This document shows, piece by piece, positions 37,780 to 49,174 of a DNA stretch of 64,000 bases (within the stretch, counting starts at the first letter, position 1; each line of letters opens with the position of its first letter). The stretch is from Podarcis muralis (taxonomy: Eukaryota): positions 25,978,001 through 26,042,000 of the forward strand of contig NC_135663.1 of assembly GCF_964188315.1 (NCBI RefSeq), given 5' to 3'. The notes under the pieces were generated by a model that saw only the letters and a list, made by a program, of their open reading frames with translations, was not told the DNA's origin and did not search any database. The translations under genes were made by a program, and so were the position numbers.

Positions 37780-39862
37780 AATATCCGTGGAATGTGCTTG
37801 CTGTCTTACAGCCATTCAAGCGAATGCCCTTCCGCAAAGCAGAAGTTTTATTTGTCCGAAGCAAAGGAGTCCTTTGAAATTGGTCTCCTTAGTAAGAAGG
37901 ACAAAGAACCAGTCACCAGCAAACAGGAGCTCTACAGTTTTATCAAGGCAGCTTTCTGCCTTACAAAAGTGCACCAGAGGCTCTACGGTGAGAGCGAGAG
38001 ACTTAGTCAAGTGAATAAGTTGTGCCAGGAAGCCTTACAGAAGCTGTATGCTTATAGCCATTTACCGCATACTGAAGAGCAGGACAAAGAGCAGCTTGCC
38101 AAGGATATCATGTGCCTTGTCATGTTAGTTAAAGAGCACTTAAATGTGCAGGATTTCTGTAACTCAGATGCCAAGTCCTACATTCCAGATAGCTACAAAA
38201 CTGGTGTTGAAAAGTCAATTGTGAACGGTGAATTGAGCTTCAAGAAAGTCCTTGAAATGTATTCCCAGCATCATGCAGCAGTCTGTGAAGTTTATGGAAG
38301 TGTTTGCCACAGCTACAAGATGAAATCAGGAAGCCAAACAGGAGCCTGTATAACAGCTTTGAAAACGGAAACCAAAAATATGGACACCATGTGTACCACT
38401 GAAGAAAGATCACATCATGAGAAAGACTCTGCAAAGATCTCGCTTTCACAAAAAGGAAGGAAAAATCGTGAGGGTTTTAAGGAGCAGATGCGACAGAAAT
38501 TATTCCATGCCACTGCCCTTGATGAAGAGGTAGAGTGCATTCCTTCAGAAAGACACACTGGTGGTATTTCAAGTAATTCTCATAACAGGAGTGAAAGTTC
38601 CAGTTCATTGAGATCTTGGAGCAAATTCTCCAAATCGAGTTCCTTTACTAGTTGGGAGGAGATTGACTGCAATGAAAATGAACTGCCCCAAGATAAGGTA
38701 CAGAAACAAAAGGCTACTGGAGGTAAGGAGCAAGAATGTTCTGCAGCTTTGACCGAAGATGCTGAAAAGAACTGCCAAAAGCCAGATCCATGTGTACTGT
38801 TTTCCAGAACTAATCAGCTCTCTCTTCAAGAGCCTCAGAATGACTGTTGTGGCTCTTTAACACATCCCAATCAGAATAATATAGTCAGGATTCACAGAGT
38901 AACAGAATCATACCCAAATCTCAGAGAGGAGCACGTAGAGGAAGCAGAGAATGCTTTGAAGCAGCCACTCCAAGAAACCAGTAGCACTAACCCCCAAAAT
39001 AGTAATGATCTTTTGAGTCCCACTTCTGAACAAGATCCCATTATTCCATCTTCATTAATGGATTCCAGGAGCAAGGACTCCAGTGCCATTTCTAACCATA
39101 ATCTGTGCAGCATTGGGAAAGGAAGCACAGAAAATATAATAGAATCAATATCTAGACATGGTTGGCCATTTGTTGACCCAGAAGGAGAAACTGTGGACAC
39201 TACTGAAGATGCACAGATGAATTCACACCTGCCTGATGCCAGGAGGACACCTGCCTCCATCAATAGTAGCATGCCCAAACCGGAACGTGACCGCTTTGTT
39301 CAAAATTGGATTAATAAATCGAACTCTGCAGTGCCTCCAGAAAGCTCCACTGGAGTATCTGAAATTGACCCGCAAGCAGAGACAACAGAAGACTGTGAAT
39401 TTGCTAGTGAATGTGGAAAAAAGTCAGCAGGTCATCTTAGTGACGTCTGCATAGCAAGAGATCAACCACATCATAGCTCTGGGGCCACAAATTCTCCTTT
39501 GGGGGCAAAGAACCAGCCATTAGTCAACCAGTCCAGTGACTGTGCTACAACGGAAGAAGATGACGGTGAAAAGCTAAGGAACATGTTGAGCAGTAGTCAC
39601 AGTTCAAGCTCCCCTCTGAAATCATGGTACAAAGCAGCCCACTTTTCTAGCAGTTTTTCTGAATCGGGGAGTCCTTCATTTTTGAACTCTAGCAGCAGCT
39701 CTTTTGTCTTTTTGGAGAGGGCCAAAGAAGAAACCCTACAGGCTCGCGTTCTCAGTGACGATGACTATGGCAGGCTTTTGTCTGGTGTAGACCATGCCTG
39801 GCTAATGGAAAGAATGAAGAATACAGGGCTCTTCAAGCCAAACCTCTTCGGTAAAGCGCACT
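37780..39862 (+). CDS. ALPK1: ALPK1 coding exon 9 (2083 nt; end of N-terminal domain plus Ser/Glu-rich linker)
   Basis: tttttacAG acceptor; stop-free from NIRGMCLLSYS to FKPNLFGKAH, inside the 714-aa ORF 37726-39870; donor T|GTAAGT at 39863. Confidence 0.97.
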
Positions 39863-39958
39863 GTAAGTAGTAAGTAGAGTTTTCCGAAACGCACCCTTAT
39901 AATTATTTAATCCCAAGCACTTTGTGCTGCTTTCAGGGAGGGAAAGATTTTCGTTCTA

Positions 39959-40184
39959 CAGTGGTACCTCGGGTTACATACGCTTCAGGTTACAGACTCC
40001 GCTAACCCAGAAATAGTACCTCGGGTTAAGAACTTTGCTTCAGGATGAGAACAGAAATCGTGCTCCGGTGGTGCGGCAGCAGCAGGAGGCCCCATTAGCT
40101 AAAGTGGTGCTTCAGGTGAAGAACAGTTTCAGGTTAAGAACAGACCTCCGGAACAAATTAAGTACTTAACCCAAGGTACCACTG
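39959..40184. mobile_element. Tc1/mariner-type MITE
   Basis: TA flanks; TIR CAGTGGTACCT / AGGTACCACTG. Confidence 0.85.
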
Positions 40185-40782
40185 TAGTTTACAAGCCCCA
40201 AGCACTCAGGTGTATTGATTCATGCGTGAGCTGCACAAGAGCACACTTGCCTCCCCCAGGGGTAATCTGTGCAGGTGTCCCCCACTTCACGTGTCACAAC
40301 AGAAAGACAGGATTCAAATCATTTGCACATACCCGGGTGAAAGTCGCATTTAGCCTTGCTATGTCAATATGCTAAGATGCCGATGGACTCCAGCTCCCAC
40401 CAGCATGGAAATGGTCAGGGAGTTTGAGTATCTCGAGGGCTGCAGTTATCCACCCCTGGGTTAGCCTGACTGATACTGCCTGTGCGAAGTACCCAAGACC
40501 AAGAAAAAAATTATTTGTTTCTGATCAGCCTTTGGCAAGCTTTATGCCAAGGACAGATCCCGGTATTGTGTACCTGTATATGGGGTGAAGTGATTGTCAG
40601 TGAGCTAATGAATGAGATGGGATTTGAATGCTGGCCTCCAAATTCTCAAAGCAATGAGATTCCTGCATTGCAGGGGGTTGGACTAGATGACCCTTGGGTC
40701 CCTTTTCCAACTCTGTGATTCTGTTATTCTGTTCTATCTGCTATGCTATATGTGGGGGAAAGTCTTTTTATTTTATACCGAT

Positions 40783-41290
40783 TAAGAACATAAGGAGAGT
40801 CTGGTGGGTCAGGCCAATAGCCCATCTAGTCCAGCATCCTGTTCTCACAGTGGCCAACCAGATGACTGTGGGGAAATTCATAAGTAGGATTCAAGCACAA
40901 ATGCATTCTCCAGCAACTGGTCTTCAAAGCCATTACTGCCCCCAACTGTGGAGATGGAACACAGCCATCATGGCTAGCAGCCATTCAGAGCCTTCTCCTC
41001 CGTGAATTTTCCCAGTCCTCTTTTTAAGCCATCCGGTTTGGTGGCCATGCACTGTGTGACTTTCTTTTATCTCTCCTGAATCTTCCAACATTCAGCTTTG
41101 GTAGGCGTCCACAAGTTCTAGTATTAGGAGGGAGAAAGGCTGCTCTCTATCCACTTTGTCTGTGCCAAGTATAACTTTATAAACTTCTAATCATGTCGCC
41201 TTTAAAAGTCTTTTCTCTAAACTAAAAAGTCCAAAACTGTAATATTTCCTCACAGAGGAGTCACTCCATTTCCTTGATCGTTCTGGATCA
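40783..41290 (-). mobile_element. CR1 LINE 3' fragment
   Basis: taagaacataag terminus followed by decayed CR1 ORF2 3' sequence. Confidence 0.65.
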
Positions 41291-41648
41291 TTTGAATGCT
41301 TTTGTAATTTCACATTCCCTTTTTGTTCTAACGGTTGGTTCTGTTACTGGGTGACATATTTGTGAGGAATGCCTTCCCACTTTGCAGCCCTTCCAAAAGC
41401 AATTCAACCTGCCTTGCCTTCCCCACCTTCTGTTTATAGATGAAGCTGACTGTAATAGTAAACACTGCAGCCATGAATGCAACTTCCTATGGGTGTGAGC
41501 GAAATGTCATTTCTCTGTGACTCAGTCTGGGAAAAGGACATTGATCCTAGCAAGAGAACAGTTTTAACTCTGCTGTTTCATTCCTGGCTACTGGTACGGA
41601 ACAACCCTTTGCTGAAGAAGTTGTCAGTTCATTTGTCTTCTTTTCCAG

Positions 41649-41802
41649 CCGCCCTCCTTTTGAAATTCTCCAAGAAATCTGGGCTGTGGACTGCACAGGA
41701 AACTGCTGTATATATTGGGGACTACCTGAGCGTAGCAAAGAAAGGCAGACAAAGGAATGCTTTTTGGATACACTTTCTGCACCAAGAAGAAACTCTGGGA
41801 AG
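41649..41802 (+). CDS. ALPK1: ALPK1 coding exon 10 (154 nt, start of alpha-kinase domain)
   Basis: ttttccAG acceptor; [51 protein letters not shown]; donor AG|GTATCG. Confidence 0.97.
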
Positions 41803-42010
41803 GTATCGCTCAAACCAGCGTGACAGTTTGATCAGTCCAGGCAGTTATGTGCTTAGTTTGTAGGCTTAGATACCACATGATAAATAAGGAGTCTAGGCAG
41901 TGAACATAATGCATCTACAAAACAGCATGAGAATACCTAGCCAGATTCTGCACAGGGATAGGAAATAACGGATGGATTGAGCTATGCATCAGAAAAAGCT
42001 TGTGTTAATA

Positions 42011-42262
42011 CAGTCATACCTCAGGTTACAGCTACTTCAGGTTGCGTTTTTTCAGGTTATGGACTGCCGAAACCTGAAAGTACCGGAACGGGTTACTTCC
42101 GGGTTTTGGCAGTCGCACATGCGCAGAAGTGCTAAACCGCACTTTGCGCATGCGCAGAAGCACCAAATCACAATCTGTGCGTGCACAGATGCAGGTTGTG
42201 AATGCTGCGGGTTGCAAACTTGCATCCCGCACGGATCACGTTCGCATCCCGAGCGTCCACCA
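42011..42262. mobile_element. Tc1/mariner-type MITE with a degenerate right end
   Basis: TA|CAGTCATACCTCAGGTTAC left end; similar to the reverse complement of 42642-42870. Confidence 0.65.
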
Positions 42263-42641
42263 TATAAGAAACTTAAGCAGGCCTTTGAAACAAAGTATGA
42301 ATGGTGTTTGCTTGATAGTAACAGGCAAAGCTTTCCACAGCCCATAACTGTAGAGTTGGAAGGGACCCTGGGGGCCTCTAGTCCACCCCCTGCAATGCAG
42401 GAATTTAAAGCATCCATGACAGATGGCCATCCAATCTCCGCTTTAAAACCTCCAAGGAAGGAGAGTCCCTCATCTTCTGGGGGAGTCCATTCTGCTATCA
42501 AACTGCTCTTACCACTTTTTTCAGTTGCAGTCCTAACTACGGATAGTAAACTGCATCAAACTTAGTGGAACTGACTATGGAATAACCATTGTTAGGAGTG
42601 GTCACCTTATCTCATTATGTTCAGTGGAAGACATTTAAATA

Positions 42642-42870
42642 CAGTGGTACCTCTGGTTGTGAACAGGATCCGTTCTGGAGGCCCGTTCGCAACATGAAAA
42701 GAGCACAACCTGAAGCGTCGTATCTGTGCAGGTGCGTGGCGTGATTTGCCGCTTGTGCGCATGCACGAGCGGTGAAACCCAGAAGTAACCCTTTCCGGTA
42801 CTTCCGGGTCACTGCGGGATGTAACCTGAAAGAACGTAACATGAAGCAAACATAACATGAGGTATGACTG
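42642..42870. mobile_element. Tc1/mariner-type MITE
   Basis: TA flanks; ends CAGTGGTACCTC / GAGGTATGACTG. Confidence 0.75.
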
Positions 42871-43095
42871 TACGCGTGTCCTACCGCTAGGACCTGTGAG
42901 ACCAAGGTTCAGATCCCCACTGGCACCAGTCACTGTCTCTCAGCCTCACCTGCTTGACAGGATGGTTGTGAGAATAAAATGGAGAATGGGAGGTTGATGC
43001 ACACAACCTTGTGCTCCTTGGAGGGAAGGCAGGATACAGTATAATGTTGCTGCTGCCGCTACGACTCTTGTCAGTGTGTGTTACATTTTTCATAG

Positions 43096-43258
43096 ATACG
43101 TTGGCAAAGAGTACAAAGATGAAAAGGAGCTTCTTCACCATTTCAGCGATGTGGAAAGACAAATGACTGCCCAGTACTACGTGACAGAATTCAACAAGAG
43201 GCTGTATGAGCAAAAAATCCCAACACAAATCTTCTACATCCCATCGGCGGTCCTCTTG
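43096..43258 (+). CDS. ALPK1: ALPK1 coding exon 11 (163 nt, contains the ATP-binding lysine)
   Basis: tttttcatAG acceptor; [55 protein letters not shown]; K1050 corresponds to human K1067; donor GTAAGG. Confidence 0.97.
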
Positions 43259-43364
43259 GTAAGGAGAAAGCAGAAGGTTGCAAAGGATTCAGCTACTGAA
43301 AGGAGCAGGCAAAAGCAGTGGGCTGAAATGCTGCTCACATCACAATCCCCTTTTTGTTCCCCAG

Positions 43365-43551
43365 GTACTAGAAGGCAAGTCTATACAAGGATGTGTGAGT
43401 GTGGAGCCTTATATTCTAGGAGAGTTTGTGAAGTTATCCAACAACACCAAAGTGGTAAAGCTGGAATACAAAGCCACAGAATATGGACTCGCTTATGGCC
43501 ATTTCTGCTATGAGTTTTCCCAAGGCAGAGATGTGGTGGTTGATTTACAAG
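43365..43551 (+). CDS. ALPK1: ALPK1 coding exon 12 (187 nt)
   Basis: ttccccAG acceptor; [62 protein letters not shown]; donor G|GTTTGT. Confidence 0.97.
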
Positions 43552-44189
43552 GTTTGTACTGCCAGATGTCAAATGATGGAATACAGTATTTTATTGGATT
43601 GTCTTGAGCTGCTCCTACCACCCCCCTTTCAAAAATAAGTCTTATAAAAAAATTATTTGGATATGAATATTCAGAGCTGAAGTTTTTAAAAGAAAGAAAA
43701 TGTTAAATGTCACTTGGGGGAAAAAAGAGCAAATTACTTCAGCAGCTCACTGTATTGGCTTAAAGCCTAATCAGTTTTCTCAGGTATCATAGACATAGCC
43801 ATCTCATTCTGTCTAGGGACTATAGATATAGGTGCTGCTTTAAATGTGGATCTTTTTCCATTTGCTTTTCATTCATAACATTTTCTTTTGATATTTTGTG
43901 ATTTTTTTAATGCTTTAAAGTTGTAAACCACTTAGAGATTTCTTTGGAAATGTAAAAGTGGTATAGAAATTGTTCAGATACATTATGCAGGCATAAACAG
44001 GTACTTTATATTTTTTTTAAACCACTAGATTCCCCCCACCAAAAGCAAAACAGAGACCAAGATTTTGCATGCACATGTACAAACCTATGGTGCTGAAACA
44101 AGTAATTTCTGTAGTCAGCAGATTTGCAGAAAATGAAATGGAATGCATATACGGTGTATTTTTAGAATCAGTATGATAACTTAGGGTGC

Positions 44190-45420
44190 TAGGGAAGAGG
44201 TAGTACCTCTGGTGGGGGACATGTCGTGCTCCTTCTGGGGTAGTTTGTCCACATTTGGTCCCCACCCTGCACTCACCTGTGGCTCCTAAAAGCTGTCAGC
44301 ATGCAACGGCGGCCACCATAGATGCCAATTCCCTGGAGCCCTGGGTGCCAGAGCACCCACAAAATTTCCTATGAAGGGGCCGGGCACCCACAAATTTTGG
44401 TGCCAGGGCCATGCATGCTGCATGGCATCCATGGCCTCAGGCACCCATGGTTGCGGGGCCAAGTTGGCACTCCTTGTAGCCACACCCTGAGAAACGGCTT
44501 TGACTGGACAGCCAAACCAGGTGAGGGTTGTTACGAAAAAGGAGCAATGCAGCGAGCTGCAGCTGGCAGGAATGCCAAACAGGATGTTGATGTTTGGGAC
44601 TGTACCGTGGGAGCGAAGGGACAGTCTATTCACTGTACTGAGCACCGGATGTTAGCTCACAGTGTCATCTGACCTGTACTGGAAGTACAGGGGTGGAGCT
44701 CTCTCTCTCTCTGCTGTTGGTGTTAAGAGAGTGCAGACATGTTTCTCTGTACTGCTGCAAAAGACAGAAATAAAGGCATGTAAATACATTTCTGTCTGTC
44801 TCTTTCCCCTCCCTGGGGATAGCAGGGAGGAGAGGGAAAGAGTGGTGTGTTCTTCTCACGTGGAGGAGGATCGCCGATAGAGCCCTCGCCTGATCTTGCC
44901 GGGAGTCGCAGACGGGGAGGTCAACAAGGAACTCAAGCTGGGTGCCTGGAGAGTGGCCAATTCCTCTGACAAGGCTTGATTCCGACAAGGGTTGCCTATG
45001 GGTTTCAGACCCTCAGTGAGTTAGGAATGTCCCCTGCATGCGAAGACAGGCTCTGGCAGATTGAGTGGATGAGACCAATAGGGGGGTCCAATGGTCAAGA
45101 AGGCAGCTTCTGCACATGGTGTAGAGGGAAGCGAGGGGCAGGTGGGGCTCTTCAACATGGGAAGGTAGCCCATCTAGGAGAAGGAAACTCTGATCCTAAA
45201 CCTCTGCTGCCTTGTGGGGTATCTTCGGGAGAAGGAAAGGCTAAGGAGTAAACCCCGAGGAGTCCCTAAGGCGGTGGGATGGCGCCTTGAATGCCTTCTT
45301 CCAGCAACTTCTGCAGCCAAGCTGTTGCCCAATATATGGCTCTGCTTTCCTTTGGACCACACCAGAGGCGCTGAGAGATGGGTCTTGTTATCTGGGCAGC
45401 CCAGGACCTCCATACACATT
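44190..45420 (+). mobile_element. RTE-type LINE 5' fragment interrupted by the solo LTR (boundaries approximate)
   Basis: The sequence rejoins across the LTR (ccaaaccaggtgagggt|tgcctatgggtttcagaccctc); the gggaaggtagcccatctaggagaaggaaactctga motif is recalled as RTE 5' UTR. Confidence 0.45.
44529..44987 (+). mobile_element. Solo LTR (459 bp)
   Basis: TGT...ACA termini; perfect 5-bp TSD AGGGT at 44524-44528 and 44988-44992; AATAAA at 44769-44774. Confidence 0.75.
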
Positions 45421-45487
45421 GCCCAGGCTTGTGCCCTGGTGAGTTCAACAACAGTATTGTAACTGTATTTTTTTTTCTTTTTGACAG

Positions 45488-45708
45488 GTTGGGTGACTGG
45501 TAATGGGAAAGGCCTCATCTACCTGACTGACCCCCAGATCCATTCTCTCTCTCGGAAAGAGGCATCATGCCTGACAAACTTTGGGAAGAAAGGGATTTGC
45601 TATTTCTTCAACAATCAGCACACAGAATGCAATGAAATCTGCAGGCGCCTTTCATTGACTAGACCTTCAGTGGAGACTTTGAGAAAAGAGATTTCAAGTC
45701 ACTTTTGA
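45488..45708 (+). CDS. ALPK1: ALPK1 coding exon 13 (terminal, to TGA)
   Basis: tttttgacAG acceptor; [20 protein letters not shown]...[43 protein letters not shown]; includes the LTDPQI motif and C-terminal Zn-binding H/C residues; spliced total 3708 nt is a multiple of 3. Confidence 0.93.
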
Positions 45709-45922
45709 CCACACATCTAGAGAATTTGTAGCATTGGGTGTTCTAGCTATGATATAGCAGTCGAGTTGGCTGCTTCTTATGTGCTTTGTATTTTATTTTA
45801 TTTTTTAAAAATATGTAAAACAGGCTGAAATTAAGATTCTCTAGAAAAGTGACTGAAACAGAGCTAGGGGAAAATATAAATCATTTGTACTGAACTGTAT
45901 GGTGGTTTAGCTTTTTTTAAAA

Positions 45923-45928
45923 AATAAA
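45923..45928 (+). terminator. Candidate ALPK1 polyadenylation signal
   Basis: First AATAAA found after the stop codon, followed by a T/G-rich tract. Confidence 0.4.
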
Positions 45929-48800
45929 ACACCTTTTGGAGTAGAGAGCAGAAAAGTCTCCAGCTATCGGAACAAATATATTGTCAAAAACTGCTCTTTT
46001 CAGCCAATTCCTTCATCACCTCTTCTTGTTCCAATTTCCCAGACAGCATTTTAAATCTGCCCACTCTCACAGATCTATTCTCCAATGCGGGGATGGATGC
46101 AGTAGCTGTTCTGCTACAATGACCACTTCCATTTCGTTCGCTGCTCTTGCAAATGGGTGGAGGGGGGTTGCTCTCTTGCTCACAGCTATAGGATATAAAC
46201 CGCTGCTGGTTTGACACTCGTCCTCTTTGAATGTTTTGTGGTATGTGTGCTGTCCACAGGCATCAACAGCGCTTGCCCTGGGTAAAAGCAGCTGTCGCGT
46301 TTTTCTTTTTTGCTACTTATGAAGCAATCTTTTGTGTTTTTAGATCAAAGCTTGTAATTCATGGATGTGACCTCCTTGGACTTTTTGTCAGCTACCACCT
46401 GGAGAAATGGAAAGAAGCAAAAAGCAGAATTACAGCCATTGCACTTCCCAAGCATTCACTGAGGAATATTATAATATAAGAGATTGCTCTTCCTCTCCCC
46501 AAAGCTCAGCATTAGGGGGCATTCTCCCTCACAAAACCCAGTGCTATGAATTTGGAACGACACAAAAGCAATGCTGTGCTCATGCATAGCACCCATTCAT
46601 TTCACTAGGACCAGTGCAGGAGAACCTCCCTGCGGATTGTGCCATTAGACTTCCCCCCGCTCCTCTTTAAAAGTATCTATCAGTGCAGCTTTCCCAAAGT
46701 AAAACAATGGTGGGATCCCTGCTATAGACCAGACATCTGTTTTATGCCACCCCTGTCATTTGGATTTCTTTGGAGCAGGTCTAAAGGCCATTTCACATGA
46801 CCCTGGATGCCTGCCAAAATGTGAGTTGGCAGTTTGCAGGCTGAATTTGTGGAGATAAATGGTTGTGTGATTGCATCACTATGCGCTCAACTCCATCTAT
46901 CGTCATTCGTTCGTTCAGTTTAGACTCCCATTTTGCCACTCGGCTGTTACACCTTTTGAGGCTGGCACGACACAATACATTACGATAAAGCAAGATCTAT
47001 CGTAAGATGTTGCAGCCCCACAAGTACTGCTTTGCCATATGGAGAAACCCACCATGCCTAATGACCAACTCATTTCAATATGATATGAATCAGTCTTAAA
47101 GATTGCGATCAAACCATTGGTGATGCTTGATACGCATTAGAGGCTTTTTATGCATGAACAGGGTTCTAAACTGTGCAATTGAGGTCACTACGCTACAGAC
47201 ATTTAGCGCAAGCTCATGGAAGGTGATGGAGCTGGGCCATCAGGAGCTAGACAATCTATGTGGCGGTGTTAGCAGGGCCCTTTAAAGGGTTGATTGGCCC
47301 TGGAGCGGCATCATAAGGTCAAACTCCCGGCTTTGGCGAAGTGGGAGGGCATGCTTTACAGTCCCTCCCACAACGCCTGACTGCCCTGCGTATCCTCAAC
47401 CCCTGTCAGGTATGAGAGGGATACCGTCCAAGGCCTAAGCCAAGGTTCCTACACCTGAAATTCAATAAAGTTGTGGCCTAATTTTAAACCATACATTGTT
47501 GTCATGTCTCATTCCTGGGGGGGTAGGCTCCAGGGACAAGTTTTAGCGCATGGGCCCGCAATATATCTGTGTAAGGGTGGGGAAAGAGAAGGAACCTTCT
47601 CTGATCAGACTCACCCTTAACTGATTTCCTTCAGCAGATGTTTAAGAAACAATGACATTTAAAAATAATAATATTGTAGAGTGCGTTTTGAAAAGGCATA
47701 TGATTATTTGTGGCATTTTGAGTAATGTTGAATGCGTATGATATTTTATCGATGCACAGATCCCCACTACAAAGTTAGGCTGAACAAAAACCATTGGCTT
47801 TTGTTTCTGAAACTTACAGGGAGCTGAGATTTTCTGTGGTGCTGCTTTGTGCTGCTATTGTTTTCTAGGTGATGTTTGTGTGCTGCGTTGTTTGGATATA
47901 CAAATGCCCCGTCACAGTCCAGAGCCAGAGAAGAAATTAGGTGTAAAGAGTAGAAAACTGGGGAGAGAAAGAGAGAGAGAAACTAAATCTCTTTATTATG
48001 GTGTGTAAAACCTTCAGGGTCGGGAAGCTTTGCAGCTGCGAAGGGAGAAAAATGCATTCACAAAATATAATGCTAGTGTGAATAATCCTTTTCTAGAGTC
48101 TCACTTGCAGACTGCTCCAGCTTTGTCAGGTGAACTTGAACTGGGCCATCAGCTTTGCTTTCGTTCCTATTGCACACTGTCTATCACCCGAGGGCATTCA
48201 GCATCTTGACTGTTTTAGAAAGAGAGCAAACAATCCATCAATGAACCCAGAGTCACTTTCGCATAGAATAGTGAAATCAGCATGTGACGGTACACTCGGC
48301 TCCGGGGTTTTACAGATTAAAATGATACATGACAGCTCACATGTTCCTGGGAAGATTATGTCAATTATCTTGTTCCACAGCCAAGAAAGACCATTCCCTG
48401 TCTGCACTGAGAAACACTAGTGTTAACCAAGTAGTCACAGTTGCTGATGCTCTGTCCTGAGGAAGAAACTGCTAAAGTTTCCTAAACCAAAGCTGTAAAG
48501 CTAAAATCATTCTATTTTGCTCTCTGTGTAGGGAAAAGAGAAGGAACCTCCTCTGATCAGACTCATCCTTAACTGATTTTCTTCAGTGGATGTTTAAGAA
48601 ACTCCTTGTGATGCTCTTTTTTTTCAGAATTGTCTCAAGACACAGATGAAAAGCTGATGTTTTAGTGTGTGTTGCCTAGAGTTTATACTGCTTTGTATTA
48701 TGTAGGTGTGTTCTACAACAACTTTAAACATTCTTAGACATGTTGTTGGGGCCTGGTCCAAGCAGGACTCCCAGGTATTTGAACAAATACATGCACGTGT

Positions 48801-49174
48801 AAGTAAAGGTAAAGGACTCCTGGACGGTTAAGTCCAGTCAAAGGCGACTATGGGGTTGTGGCGCTCATCTTGCTTTTCAAGCCAAGGGAGCTGGTGTTTG
48901 TCAGCTTTCCGGGTCATGTAGCCAGCATGACTAAACCGCTTCTGGTGCAACGGAACATCAGGACAGAAACCAGAGCACACAGAAACGGTGTTTACCTTCC
49001 TGCCGCAGGGGTACCTATTTATCTGCTTGCACTGGCGTGCTTTCAAACTGCTAGGTTAGCAAGAACTGGGACAGAGCAACAGGAGCTCACCCCATCGTGG
49101 GGATTTGAACCACCGACCTTCCGAATGGTAAGCCCAAGAGGCCCAGTGGTTTAGACCACAGTGCCACCCACTCC
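48801..49174 (-). mobile_element. Sauria SINE
   Basis: gtaaaggtaaagg tail plus core. Confidence 0.85.

Noticed and set aside
47150-47538. Possible second solo LTR (AATAAAGTTGTGGCC, ends GGGACA)
   Set aside because: Could not find a TG start with a matching TSD, so boundaries are unsupported
48198-48407. 69-aa minus-strand ORF between the direct repeats
   Set aside because: No recognisable homology and no consistent in-phase splice sites
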